Shown here: positions 25,901 through 38,771 of the stretch, in pieces
Numbering within the stretch: the stretch's first letter is position 1
Layout of the letters: every line of letters begins with the position of its first letter
NCBI GenBank assembly: GCA_964247055.1
Contig: OZ176052.1
Span: forward strand, 186,001 to 250,000
DNA: 64,000 nt
Direction of reading: 5' to 3'
Source of the DNA: Paragordius varius
Lineage: Eukaryota; Animalia; Nematomorpha
Program-made: the position numbers and the translations under genes
Notes under the pieces: generated by a model
Told to the model about the DNA's origin: nothing
Seen by the model: only the letters and a program-made list of their open reading frames with translations
Database searches by the model: none

Positions 25901-28900
25901 CAGCGATCTTTAAAAAAACATTTTTGTCTTTATATTTATAAGTTTTGTCCGTACAATTTTTACTGTTTAAACTTCAAAATATTTAAAAAATCTTAAAAAT
26001 ATGGAAAAACAAAAGTAAAAATCAAACGTAAAAATTTACCCATCGGCCATATTGCCATATGCGGAAATGAAAGATCCCAGCATAATCCCCTTGAGCGAAT
26101 CCTTGATCAGCTGGTACAATGCGTTGAACCAGCTTGGTGTTGAGACTCAGACAAGCAACAGCTGCTAGAAGCCAGCAGTCACCTGATCCATATCCGTATG
26201 TATGAATGAATGAATGCGAAAATTATATTTGTAAAAGAATTATACGGACAAAAGAAAAATATATATTTTTTTCCAAAGACCCCCCCCCTCGTGTATTTTT
26301 TAAACTTGACTTTTAATTAAAATAATTTATACATAAAAATTAACGTTTTAAAAAGTAGGGTTGGTTGTCTTTTGAAAAATTATTCGTCTTTATATTTTTA
26401 CTTGTCCGTATAATATTAATCTTCATAAAAATTTAAATATATTAAAATAACGATTTTAAATCCTTCTCAACCTTTCAGAAATCACTGATTGTAAAATTAA
26501 TGTACTTTTTTGATAGAAGAAAATTATATATTTTAATCCTTGATTGATTCATATCTATAAACTATAAAATATAAGATAATTTTGAAATACTAATTTAAAG
26601 AGTCAAAATAATCATAAGTCATAATATAGAAACTAAAGCACAAATATTATTTTTATCTTTATTTATATAGAGGACATACACTTTGAAACCTAATTTTTTT
26701 CTATACATAACCTCACTATATAAAACTGCGAAATATAAAAATTAAATGATTTTATTTTATACAGTAAAAACAAAATTTAAAACTAAAAAATGTTATTAAA
26801 AAAGCTACCCAATTCCCCTTGAACGATATCAAAACGTGATGCGCCCTTTGAAATCAACTTGGGATTCTGACAAATTTCCTGTGAATCAGAGTATTAATAT
26901 AAAAAAAGGTAAAAAAAATAATACATTGTTAAAAAAAATGAATAATATATTAAAAATTAGTCTCTCTCTTAATAATTCATAACCCAAATAACTTATTAGT
27001 TCAGCCTTCCTCCTTCTGTATTTTAAACTTTTTTTCAACATAAACTACTCAGATATATACTTTAAACCCTAGTTAATAATTTTTGGTCTTTCTTTGGAGA
27101 TAATTTCTATTATGCCTTAGAACAGAAAAAAAGACAAATAGAATCTTTATTCCGAACTAGTACTTAAAACTATGCGTCAAATAATTATACCTTTTCAATA
27201 TAAAACCATCCATCCATTTATAAAAACATATATCTAAATTATTTAACTCTAATTATTATCATCCTTTTACCATCACTACTTAGTTTTTATAATTAAATAA
27301 CTATCTTTTTAACTTAAAAGAGAAATTTACTTTTTATAAAACTACTTATCTAAAACTTAATGTTTACTCCGATATATAGATACCAACCATTTCTTCAAGA
27401 GTGTCCTTCTCAAAACTTCAAGTTGGTGCTTAAATTTTTTAAGTTTCCAACAACAATTAATACCAAAATTTCAATAATAACCCAGAAAACTTAGCCTTAT
27501 AAATATTACGCTTTTAAGCCTTATTATAAATATTAAAAAGGATTATATAAAATAAGGGTTTTTTTGAATGAAAATTAGTGGATATTAATCGAAAAATAAG
27601 GTTAACAACTCAAAAATAGGTTAAAAAATGTTAGTAAAGATCAAGGATACATAGTTTAATTGATAAAACTTAAGGGCAAAATAAAAAGTGTTGACTATGG
27701 AACCAACTACTTATACTTACATTTTAGTAATATAAAATTTTTACACTTTGGAAATAGTTCAGTCTATATCCTTACATATTCATTATTTTACCCAAAACTA
27801 AACCAAAAACCACCCTAAAAAAAGTATCGTAAATTTAAATTCTTACGACAGGTCGAGGCCATTGAATTTTCGAAGAGAAGTTCTCTTAACCAATAAATTT
27901 TCTTTTTCTTATATATTTAATCATATTTATTAATTTTTTAAAAAAAAACTTTCCCTTTTGAACTAATAATCACCCTTTTGCCTAAACTTAAAAGATTTTC
28001 AAAAACTTATATTGTTACCCTAAAAACTTTTTAGACATTCTTATTACCTACATACCAATTCGCTATTTAAAAAAAGTATCGTAAATTTAAATTCTTACCA
28101 CAGGTCGACGCCATTGAAATCTTCGAAGAGATGTTCTTTTCAATAAACTTTCTTTTTCTTACATTTTCAATTATATTCCAGTAAGCTATACCTTTTACAA
28201 GAAAGAAAACTTTCCCTTTTGAACTAATAATCAAAAGACTTTCAAAAACTTATGTTGTTACCCTAAACTTATGTTGTTTACCCTAAAAAACTTATTAGAC
28301 ATCCTTATTTTAAACATATCTACTATTCAAAAACTATCGTAAATTCTTACGACAGGTCTACGCCATTGACTTCGAAGAGAAGTTCTTTTCTATAAACTTT
28401 CTTTTTCTTACATTTTCAATTATATTCCAGTAAGCTATACCTTTTACAAGAAAGAAAACTTTCCCTTTTGAACTAATAATCAAAAGACTTTCAAAAACTT
28501 ATGTTGTTACCCTAAACTTATGTTGTTTACCCTAAAAAACTTATTAGACATCCTTATTTTAAACATATCTACTATTCAAAAACTATCGTAAATTCTTACG
28601 ACAGGTCTACGCCATTGAAAACTTCGAAGAGAAGTTCTTTTCTATAAACTTTCTTTTTCTTACTTTTTAATTACATTTTCTAATAAATTATAATTTTTAC
28701 TTACAAGAAAGAAATTTTCACTTTTCAACTAATAATCAAAAGACTTTCAAAAACTTATGTTGTTACCCGATAAAACTTATGTTGTTTACCCTAAAAACTT
28801 ATTAGACATTCTATATCCACTATTTAAAACTATCGTAAATTTAGTTACCAGAGGTCGACGCCATTAAAACCTTCAAAGAGATGTTCTTTTCAATAAACCT

Positions 28901-31900
28901 TTCTTTTTCTTACATTTTATTTAAAAAAACTTTCACTTTTCAACTAATAATCACCCTTTTGGTACCCTAAACTTAAAAGATTCATTTTCAAAAACTAAAT
29001 GTTTTTACCTAAAAAACTTTTTAGACATTCTTATTCCATACATACATATCCACTATTTGATAATCGTAAATTTTAACCACAGGTCGACGCCATTGAAACC
29101 TTCGAAGAGAAGTTTTTTTCAATAAACCTTTCTTTTTCTTACATTATTAATTATATTCTAGTGAGCTATAATTTTTACTCAAACTTTCACTTTTTAACTA
29201 ATAATCGAAAGACTTTCAAAAACTTATGTTGTTACCCTAAACTTAAAAACCCTAAAAAACTTATCAGACATTCTTATTACCTACATATCTACTATTCAAA
29301 AAGTATCGTAAATTCTTACGACAGGTCGACGCCATTGAAACCTTTAAAAGAGATGTTCTTTTCAATAAACCTTTCTTTTTCTTACATTTTCAATTATATT
29401 CTAGTAAGCTATAACTTTTACAAGAAAGAAATTTTCACTTTTCAACACTAATAATCATCCTTTTGGTATTCTCTTAACTTAAAAGACTTTCAAAAAAAAC
29501 TTTTTAGACATTCTTATTCCCTACATGCCCATTATTTAAAAACTATCGATTTAGTTACCACAGGTCGACGCCATTGCAATCTTTGAAGAGAAGTTCTCTT
29601 AGCCAATAAACGTTTCTTTTCTCTTACATTTTTATTTCTGGTAAATTAAAATTTTTTGTAAAAACTTTCACTTTTTGAGTAAAAATCACCTTTTTGGTAC
29701 CCTAAACTTAAAAGATTGACTCTCAATAGGTTGTTAATCTCAAAAAACTCTTTGAACATTAAAAATCGTAAATTCTTACGACAGGTCGACGCCATTGAAA
29801 TCTTCGAGGAGCAGCTTTACTGAAAAAGAGTGAAGCATCTGTAGCTGGAAATTCTGGATCTTCCCAAAGCGTTCCTTTGGCCAAGCAAGTCGCCTTGATT
29901 TGTTCAAAAGTTTTCCCGCCCGAAACTGAAACGTCAGGCAACGTAATGCGGGCTTTGGGTAATTCCACACCCCCGTAAATCGGTTGATCTGCAAATGGGC
30001 CTTGGGGTTTACGTTGAGCTTTCTAAACACAAAAAAAGGGGGCATTTATGTTTAAGAAAGTGTGGAAAAAAAATGCTTTTTTTAAAAAATCAATTCATGT
30101 TATAAGAAAGTGTGGAAAAAAAAGTAAAAAAGGCATTTATGTTATAAGAAAGTGTGGAAAGTGTAAAAAAGAGGCATTGATGTTATAAGAAAGTCTGTGG
30201 AAAATGTATATGTTTTCAAAAAAAGAATAGAATAGAAGATTAATATATAGTTTACCACGGGCCATTATGTGTGGTCCGTAGCGGTAAAATTTGAAAAAAT
30301 CTGTAATTTGCAAAAATATGCTGGCTGACAAATGTTGGAAAAAATGATCAAATTTTCTGAATACTTGGGGATATAATTGGTGGTAGCTTAGCAGTAAAAA
30401 TTCTTATATTATGTTTGCATTTTCACATTTTACAATTTTATTATGTTTAAAATCTAACAAAATAATTATTAATGCCCATATATGAGTCCCTCAAAGCTAT
30501 TTGTGTTATATAACCATGTGTTATACCATTTACACCTTAAATTCACCCTTAAACATTTCAAATTCAAAATTCTTACTATTGTATAAATATCACAAATAAC
30601 CTTAAAAATTTTTTTTACATTTTTAAAAAATCAAAATTTTCGGTTAAAAGAAACATTATACAGAAAAAAATTATAAACTATGTGCCACATAAAAAATATT
30701 TGATAATATTAATATTGATGATGAGTTTAAATTAACCCAAACACATATACCTTTTATTTATGCTGAATTTAAAGGTTTCAACAGTAAATTTGAGGTTTAA
30801 ATGGTGTAGATTATTAATTATTAATTAAAATTTGACAAATTTAGGTAACACAAGAATAACTAAAGATAAAATTTAATGAAAAGATTGGAAATTTAAAAAT
30901 TCACCCCCATTCTTATTAAATTAATAAAAATTGCAAATGTTTTAAAATTATGCGATTCCTTATATAAATTAATTAACTTATGGTCTTTTTCAATGATTAA
31001 AATAGAACCATATATTTTTAAAGTTAAAATTGTAATTTATAATTTATACAGTAAAAGAAAGTTGAAATATTACAGGCAAATCTGAAAATTTTAATGGACA
31101 AATGTTTGAATATCAAATGACAACCATACTTTTATAAAATCTTAATTTTTATCTAATATAATTATTTATAATTTTAAATTATACGATTGAATATATATTT
31201 ACGTTTCTATATTTCATACTTTGCAATTTTTAACAAACAAAAGTTATAATTAAAAAAAAATCAAGTTTATTAAAAAAGTATGGGGTTGTCCTTTGAAACA
31301 AAATATTTGTCTTTATGTTTTTACGTTTTGTCTTTATAATTTTATATTATATATCAAAAATGCATATTAGATCTTTTACACACTTTTTAAACAATAATAT
31401 ATTGTGTCCATATAGTTTTAGTGTAATAAGTACAGTAAAAATTGAAATTATGCGGATGGACAAAATTTGAAAATATAAAGACAAATATTTTGCTCCAAAA
31501 GACAAACCCATACTTTTTTAAACCTTGATTTAATCCTATAAAAAACATTTGATTACAATCGTAAAATATATAATTGATTATGTTACCATCAATTTACATT
31601 TTTATATTATACTTTGTAGTTTATTCAAAAAAAATCAAGGTTAAAAAGTATGGGGTTGTCTTTTAAAGCAAAATATTTGTCTTTATATTTTCATAATTTC
31701 AATTTTTACTGTATAAAGTAATATACTTTTTCATCCAATGCTTTAATGTTAAAACGATAGAATGAGGTATTATTATAAGAGGTCTTTATTGTATAGTTAC
31801 CGACACCAGAAGGCCATAAAATAGTAATATTTCGATACATTGTTTTTCAAAAAAAATTTAAAATTAAATAAACTAAAATAATTCTAAAATATTTATCATT

Positions 31901-33208
31901 TTTTAATTAAAAATTTAAATATAGCCATAATTTATCATTCTAATTAATTAATTTCCAGTGATATTTGACATTTTTTAATTATTTGTAAGCTAAAACATAA
32001 TTATAATTATATACATTGTTTATTGAACATCTTTTTTTAATAAACATTTTAAATCAGTGTAGTTTTGAAATTTCAATTAGCCTTAAAAAACACACACATG
32101 TTTTTAGATATTTAAAATATACAGTAGCGTATGGCATAAAACATTATTAGTCCATAAAAGAAAAAAAATATTTTTAAAAAAAAACAGCATAGTTGTATAT
32201 ACACATATCCATAACTTGTTTTTTTTAGTAAAAAAACATTTTCTTTTATGGACTAATATTGTTTTATTCCATACGTTACTGTGCTTTAGAAATAATTCCA
32301 ACCAATCCAATTTCTTCCTTTTTAGTGGTGCCTTCAAACACTTTATTATATATGAAATATTTTAAGTGAGTTTACATTTTGAAGATTTTTTTTTCTATCC
32401 AAGAGTTTTAATTAAAAACAAAAAAAACTCTAAAGTAATTTTAGTTATCATACATATTAATATAATAAATACTATAAAGACTTTAACTTATTTTTATTAG
32501 AAACAATTCTAGAAATTTTCCATATTATTCACAGAAAAAAAATTAACTTAATTTTATATATTTTTTATTTTATCAAAATTTTTTATTTTTTGTCAAAATT
32601 TTTACATTAATGTGTGTGTCAATAAACTTGTATTCAACACATTCCCACATATAAAATGTCCCCTTATTGGTACATCATCATCTATTTCCTATACACTTGT
32701 GGTATCCAGGTATAAAATTATATCATTTTAAAAAAAAATTTTTTTTACTAATTTATATTAAATATAATGGAAAAAAAATAAATTTATACTTTAAAAATAT
32801 AACTAGGCTTTATGCCTAATTTTTCTTATAAATGCAATTTTTTAAAAACGTTTTAACCAAAAAATATTTAGATAATATTTCTATAAAAATATAAATTTGT
32901 ATAAAAATTTGAAATATACGGAAGGACAAAACGTGAAAATATAAAGACAAATATTTTTTTCTAAAAGACTGCGCCATACTTTTTTAATCTTGATTTTTTT
33001 AAATAAAATTTTCATTGTTTTTTTTAAACTACAAAGTATAATATAAAAATGTATATTTGTAACACAATGAATTATATATTTTACGATTTTAGTAATTAAA
33101 TGTTGTTTTTATAGCATTAATTAAGGTTTAAAAAACTTTTGAAAGAAAATTTTGTCTTTATATTTTTACATTTTGTCCATAGTATAATTTCAATTTTTAC
33201 TGTATATA

Positions 33209-33239
<31 letters not shown>

Positions 33240-35334
33240 CCTTACTTTAGAAAATGACAAAAAAATTAATAATCAAGAAGCGTGCGTGCCAGAATAAAAA
33301 GTAAGTAAAAATCAATATCATAATATAAAATTAAAATTCTTCAAAAAAAAATAAATGCAAAAAACTGAATATACATAATTCCAAAAAAAACTTAAGATCA
33401 GCAAAATAATAAAGTTTTGTATCATGGCAAAAAGTATTTTTAAATTTCATTTTATAATCAGTAAAACATATGAGTTTGAAATAAAAAGCACTGTAAAATT
33501 TTATAGAATAAGGCTAAAATCCTAAAAAAATGCTTTTTCTATAGTGGTCAGTTTTTAAAAATATTACCAAGATATAATATAACCCCATTTTTAACAATGT
33601 ATCAAAATAATATTCAAAATTCCTTATCCATTTAAAATTACTTTTAATATTTTGCCTTTAGATATAAAAAAAGAGTTTTTATTTACATATTTTCGGCTTT
33701 AAAAAAATCTTAAAGGTTAAAATTTTCGCCGCCATACTAAAAAAACTCCTATATATACTAAAAATAATATTACAAATATGTTTTTTTAAGTCTCTTTCAC
33801 TAATTTAGTATATTTTCACTAAATTTTTTATTTTTATGTTCATTTTTTTGACAAAATTCCTTGTTTTAGTGATCAATGCCTTAAGACAAAGTTTTAACTT
33901 TTAATGATAAACTTGAAAAAAACTTTTATAGTATTTAGAACTTTTTAGTTAAGACATGTTTCAAAATTTGCTCTCCATATATATATATATATATATATAC
34001 CATTTACAGTTCAAATTCACCCTTGAACAATTCAATTCACCCTAAAAATAAATTATGTGTTTTCGAATTAATATAACATCATTATTAATATGAAATATAT
34101 CTTTACGACATAGTTTATTATTTTTCAGTATTATTTTAATTTAAAACAAAAATTTCATTTTTTTAAAATATATAAAAATATTGGTAATTTTTAATCTTAA
34201 AAAACATAAATTTGGATTGTTTAAGGGTGAATTTGATTGTTTAAGGGTGAATTTGATTGTGTAAGGGTGAATTTGAATTGTTTAAGGGTGAATTTGAATT
34301 GTAAAAGTGTGAATTTGAATTGTTTAAGGGTAATTTGAATTGTTGCTTAAGGGTAATTTTGAACAATTGTTTAAGGGGGTGAATTCTAATTGTTTAAGGG
34401 TGAATTTGAATTGTTTTGTTTAAGGGTGGATTTAAATAATTTAAAGGTGAATTTAAATTGTTGTTTAAGGGTGAATTTGAATTACAAATGGTATATATAT
34501 ATATATAAGTTAAATTTACCTTTAAAGCTCTCCGTATTCCATACCGCGCAAGTTCTGAAACAAATCCACCCACAGGTCCGCCCCCCAGAACCTTGTTGGT
34601 TATATCGCCCACGAGACCGCCAATATCTACGCCACCTGAACCGCCTGAAGACCCATTTCCCAAAAGCGAGGATGCCAGGGAACTCAAACCTCCAGAACTA
34701 TTCAAGATTTCTGAGGGGTTGAAACCTATATATTGTTTTAGTAGTTTTTTGATAAGAAAGGTCATTGTTTTTGGGGAAAAGATGTAAATTTAAAAACGGT
34801 AAAAAGTGAGATTTCAGATTTATAGGGTTAATTTGTGAACTCAAAAAAAGTGATATGGAATTGGAGTTGGATAAAGGATTTTGATAATTTATGTAGGAAA
34901 AATTAAAAAATATTAATTCGAATCCAGTAAAAAACGAGTTGTTATGGAAGGTTTAGTTGGGGAAAAAATGATGATGATATATACAGTGACCAATAAAAAT
35001 TATAAATAAAATTTTATTAATAATTCAAAATATACCCATGAAAAATATAAATAAAAGTGTGTCATAACATACCTTTACCCTTCAAAACGCCTGAAATTAT
35101 TTTGCTGAAATCAAATCCAGACGAACCACCTCCAACAGAGCCTTGATTAAAGTTCTGATTATAACCGCCACCTTGGCCATAATTTTGCTGGCCCGCTTGC
35201 CATCCATCGCCTTGCCCATAATTTTGGCCAGCTGGTTGTTGATCGCCTGACACAGCTCCCTGAATAAACTTGGAAGCTAAATCTCCAACAACGTTCCCTG
35301 CCCCAGAATTCATCATATTTTTAACGAAATCCAT
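12755..35334 (-). CDS. Classical calpain (Gly-rich N-terminus, CysPc, C2-like, penta-EF); 19 exons: 35334-35073, 34725-34520, 30022-29780, 26878-26809, 26182-26040, 25425-25313, 23879-23711, 23024-22944, 21655-21567, 20599-20522, 19188-19004, 17275-17112, 16435-16310, 15615-15478, 14926-14788, 14518-14394, 14008-13865, 13506-13399, 12781-12755 (~869 aa)
   Basis: Catalytic triad intact: [15 protein letters not shown] (Cys), [11 protein letters not shown] (His), LIRLRNPWG (Asn). Also [51 protein letters not shown], and EF-hands ([25 protein letters not shown]). C-terminus WCHSTLYS*. All junctions are GT-AG and in phase; paralog identity was not assigned. Confidence 0.95.
12957..13240. mobile_element. 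MITE family A copy
   Basis: GAAATTATACGGACAAAACGTG...CACGTTTTGTCCGTATAATTTC inverted arms. Confidence 0.8.
13529..13792. mobile_element. MITE family A copy
   Basis: TA|CAGTAAAAATATGAAATTATACGG left arm with matching right arm. Confidence 0.8.
16616..16936. mobile_element. MITE family A copy
   Basis: CAGTAAAAACTGAAATTATACGG...CCGTATAATTTCAGTTTTTACTG|TA. Confidence 0.85.
17310..18135. mobile_element. MITE family B1 composite with expanded 21-bp arrays
   Basis: Many CAAATTCACCCTTGAACAATT units; internal TACCATTTACA at ~17637; right end TGTAAATGG|TATA. Confidence 0.8.
18570..18866. mobile_element. MITE family A copy
   Basis: Inverted arms; right end TTTTACTG|TA. Confidence 0.75.
19260..19950 (-). 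repeat. ~125-bp tandem array of 6 copies of the calpain exon 11 acceptor plus the first ~45 nt of the exon
   Basis: AAAGTAACGCATAAAATCTTTCAAAGACATCCTT at ~19285, 19427, 19536, 19651, 19787 and 19911 matches the exon start at 19188-19145. Confidence 0.9.
20216..20484. mobile_element. MITE family A copy
   Basis: TA|CAGTAAAA...TTTTACTG|TA. Confidence 0.85.
20753..21386. mobile_element. MITE family B1 type copy; ~19 x 21-bp units in the left arm, ~3 in the right
   Basis: TATA|CCATTTACAATTCAAATTCACCC...GAACTGTAAATGG|TATA, with a near-perfect 21-bp array. Confidence 0.88.
21742..23620. mobile_element. Cluster of four MITE family A copies (~21742-21998, 22140-22409, 22510-22790, 23355-23620) around calpain exon 8
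   Basis: Repeated family A TIR motifs (AAGACAACCATACTTT / AAAGTATGG..GTC). Confidence 0.75.
24307..24615. mobile_element. MITE family B1 copy
   Basis: TATACCATTAGCAATTCAAATTCACCC, conserved core, degenerate right arm. Confidence 0.75.
24790..24845. mobile_element. hAT-like MITE terminus
   Basis: GAGGGCCGAGTGTTGGACACCCCT is the reverse complement of the CAGGGGTGTCCAA end at 11107; a related end lies at ~11481. Confidence 0.45.
24861..26415. mobile_element. MITE family A copies (~24861-25161, 25791-25944, 26240-26415) between calpain exons
   Basis: Family A TIR motifs; the last two are internally deleted. Confidence 0.7.
27800..29779 (-). repeat. ~245-bp tandem array of 8 copies of the last ~33 nt of calpain exon 3 plus its donor
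   Basis: Core TCGTAAATTCTTACGACAGGTCGACGCCATTGAAA.CTTCGAAGAG at ~27841, 28092, 28338, 28587, 28833, 29064, 29306 and 29546; the genuine junction is at 29780/29779. Confidence 0.92.
30045..30200. repeat. Short tandem repeat (TGTTATAAGAAAGTGTGGAAAA) upstream of the calpain exon 3 acceptor
   Basis: 4-5 imperfect units of ~35-45 bp. Confidence 0.7.
30526..30804. mobile_element. MITE family B1 copy, degenerate
   Basis: TATACCATTTACACC..TTCACCCTT...TAAATGG. Confidence 0.6.
31028..33202. mobile_element. MITE family A copies (~31028-31340, 31433-31711, 32915-33202)
   Basis: TA|CAGTAAAA...TTTTACTG|TA termini are clear for 31433-31711. Confidence 0.75.
34000..34491. mobile_element. MITE family B1 copy between (TA)n runs; right arm expanded
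   Basis: (TA)n|CCATTTACAGTTCAAATTCACCC...TTACAAATGG|(TA)n. Confidence 0.85.
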
Positions 35335-36900
35335 TTAGCTAGAAAAGAATATAGCACACTTTATCGATTTGGCAATTTGAATTTGGATTGGCAATATGAT
35401 CGATATTAGGACGAAGATGTTGAAATGCTACATATGTTTAATTTCCAATTATATCATTTAACACTTCATTATATATTCATATTTTGAATGCGATGATATT
35501 TTACGCTAAATCCCCCCCCCCAGAGTTTATATAGTAAACAAACTAATGTTTAAAAGTTGTTTAAAAACCTAAATATTAATTTCTCTTCACAAAAAACTTA
35601 GATTTTTACAGTTTTCTATAGTCCGCAATTAGCATGCAACCAAAACACGAATGAAATAAATAGCGGTTATTAGAAGTATTTTTTGGTTTCTAATCATTTA
35701 ATGCTTTTATTCTTTAGCGATCTAATTTGAATTCCAAAAAATGACGTTTGAGACGGAATTATTTTTAAAATTTAAAATAATATTTTTTATTGTTAGTCTA
35801 AAAGGCCAAATGCATTTTTATGATTGGGCTCAACATCGACATATAATATATTTAAAATAAACTAACCAAATATGTAGGGTGTTGAATCATTTGGAGCTAA
35901 AAATCTATAGCAAAATCATAGCTTATATGAATTTTTAAATTACACTAGACAACCAATTTTTCTGCCGCTCGAATTCTTTGCATTTTCTGATATTTACTAT
36001 TTAACAGTAAATCTGAAATAAATATAAATCCTCCTAAAATTTTGTATACAGTCATAAATCTTTTCTTTTGGCAAATAAATTTTTTTGTTTAGGTATTTTT
36101 ATTTTTTAAAGAAAAAAAGGAGCTCCGCGGTATTAACAATATCATATTCATCAAAAAAAGTAAAAGGAATGTGGGGAATGGCTTCGAAAATCATTAAAAA
36201 ACTGTTTAAATATAATGATAATCTAACAAGTAACACTTAATCTTAAAATATTGTTAAAGGGGAATGGTAATAAAAAAATTTAAATTTTTCAGCAAAATTT
36301 TATTACTTTTTTTGAAAAATTTTAAAGAAAACAAATCAACAACGTAAAAATTAATTTTGATATATAGAAAAAATATATTTGTTTAAAAGATATCACAATG
36401 AATAAAACAAACATTATAACGGAACCAAAGGATGTAATCATATATTCTATATGTATACCATTTACACTTCAAATTGTCCTTGAAAACTTCACGTTGGTCC
36501 TTCAACATTTCAAGTTGATCCTTAAATTTCATTAATTTTGGATTTGACCATAAATTTTGCATGATTTTATTAATTTTAAACCTAATTTTTTTGATTTATG
36601 ATATATTTATTCAATTAAAATTACTATTTTTAATTAAATAACCATTTTAAAATAATCTTATATCATTCAAGAACATTATTCAATTATCTAAACTCAAAAA
36701 GTTGACGCACATCATGCTAAATAAGATTATTTTAAGAAAGCCAAATTCTTCAGGCTAAAAATACCAATACTCATCATAAACCAGTAGCAACTACTAATTT
36801 TAACCCAAAACTGTTTGTTTCAAGGGCCGTGCACAATAACGATAAAAACTTCATAGCTCTATGACCATGTTTGCCGATGTTTGCACTTACAATAAATATA

Positions 36901-38316
36901 CCATTTCCCAGTCTAAATAAACGTCTTCCCTGTCTATCGAAACACTTCCCAATCAATCGAAACGTTTTCCCAGTCAATCCAAACATTTTCCCAGTCAATC
37001 GAAACATTTTCCCAGTCAATAAAAACATTTTCCCAATCAATTAAAACGGTTTTATTTTTGATAATAAGTATCAAAACAAGATAGAACCTTTAAACATTAT
37101 CAGCGTAATATTAGGATATTATTTTTTTATATGAAAATATTTTCTATATATTCCAATACACAATCATTATTAATTATTCTTTAAAAGCTATTTTTATTAA
37201 CTGGAAGAATATTTTATAGTTTTTTATTTTTAAGAAAATATTTAATAATTTTTTTATTTTATCGATGATTCGCATTAATATTCGGGGCTAAATTTTAAAG
37301 TCTATAGTTATGGATAATAAAATTTATAAAAATATACCATTTTTTTCTTAAAGGTCATTTAACACTGCATATTGTATCATAAACATGTCGAATTGTGTAT
37401 AAAAATACTCTTGGAAATAAATCTAAACAACACATGGTTTTAAATATGTTTTTCATTTAAAAATATTTTATAAAAAAGGATATTTTAACACAATGGCTTC
37501 GCATGCCGCATTTTTAACTCAAGCATGGCGTTCCGCATTCGTATTATATACGGACATTCATAAATAATTTATTCGATCTTAGGCATAAGTCTGTAAAGTA
37601 CAAATACAATATTTTTTTTTAATTCGTTGCCCAATTTTATAGACTCATTCAGAATCATAGCGTAAGAAATATGAATTTTACTAAGATTTTGTGGGCATAT
37701 TTTTGTATTGGATTTCCAAATTTTTCGCGGGCCATACAAAGATTCGGAAGGCCGCCTTAGGTCTCCGATGGACCAAATGATAAATATAAAAAATAGGGTA
37801 AAATCTATGTCTAAGACCCAATATGAAGTGTTAAATGACCTTTGAGATAAAAATGGTATATTTTTACAAATTTTATTATCCGTAACTATAGACTTTAAAA
37901 GTTAGCCTCGTATATTAATGCGAACCATCGATAAAATAAAAAAATTATTAAATATTTTCCTAAAAATACTTAAAAACCATAAAATATTCTTCCAGTTAAT
38001 AAAATATAGCTTTTATAGAATAAATTATTAATGATTGTGTAATGGAATATATAGGAAATATTGTCATTAAATAATTGAGATTTTTTAAAAAATAATATCC
38101 TAATGATACGCTGATAATGGTTAAAAGTTATTTTTCTATCTTGTTTTGAAACTTATCATCAAATATTAAACCGTTTTGACTGGAAAAACGTTTTTATTGA
38201 TTGGGAAAATGCTTCGATTGATTCGGAAGATGTTTTGATTGACTGGGAAAACGTTTCGATTGACTTGGAAAAGGTTTCGATTGACTGGGAAAACGTTTAT
38301 TTAGACTAGGAAATGG
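36901..38316. mobile_element. Foldback-like TIR element (family B2), ~450-bp inverted arms
   Basis: TATA|CCATTTCCCAGTCTAAATAAACGT...ACGTTTATTTAGACTAGGAAATGG|TATA. Subterminal ~21-bp repeats (TTCCCAGTCAATCGAAACGTT); the arms are inverted copies over ~36901-37345 and ~37850-38316. Confidence 0.88.
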
Positions 38317-38771
38317 TATACATTAAGAAATTTAATAGATAAATCAGAGCCATAAGAAAGCACTTTTAAAGCCACATGCGGCCCGCCGGCCGCGGTTTGT
38401 GTGCCACTTTCATAAACTATAGGCTAAAAGGAAAATGATGTACTAAAATATTTTTAAGTCTTAACTTCCCCCTCTAAAATGGGCATTTTAAAATAAACAC
38501 GAAAATTCTGCTTTCTTCGTAAATCTCGTGGGATATATATGTCAAATTATTTTTTACCATTTTGTTAGAGCGTATTTGTTATTTTAAAGTATGGAATTAG
38601 TAGATAAATGAAACATTTCTATATAATTTGAGATTAATAAATATAATTAAAATTTTGAAGATTTTACTACCTAATCGCTTTATATTTAGATTTAAATAAC
38701 TAAATATTCGCAATAACCCATTTTTCAAATAATTATTATATCTATTTTCCTCGTTGTCAGACTTATAATCA

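Noticed and set aside
27800-29810. CRISPR-like array (conserved partly palindromic core with regular spacing)
   Set aside because: Eukaryotic intron; the spacers are homologous to each other; the core is a copy of the adjacent calpain exon end; no cas genes.
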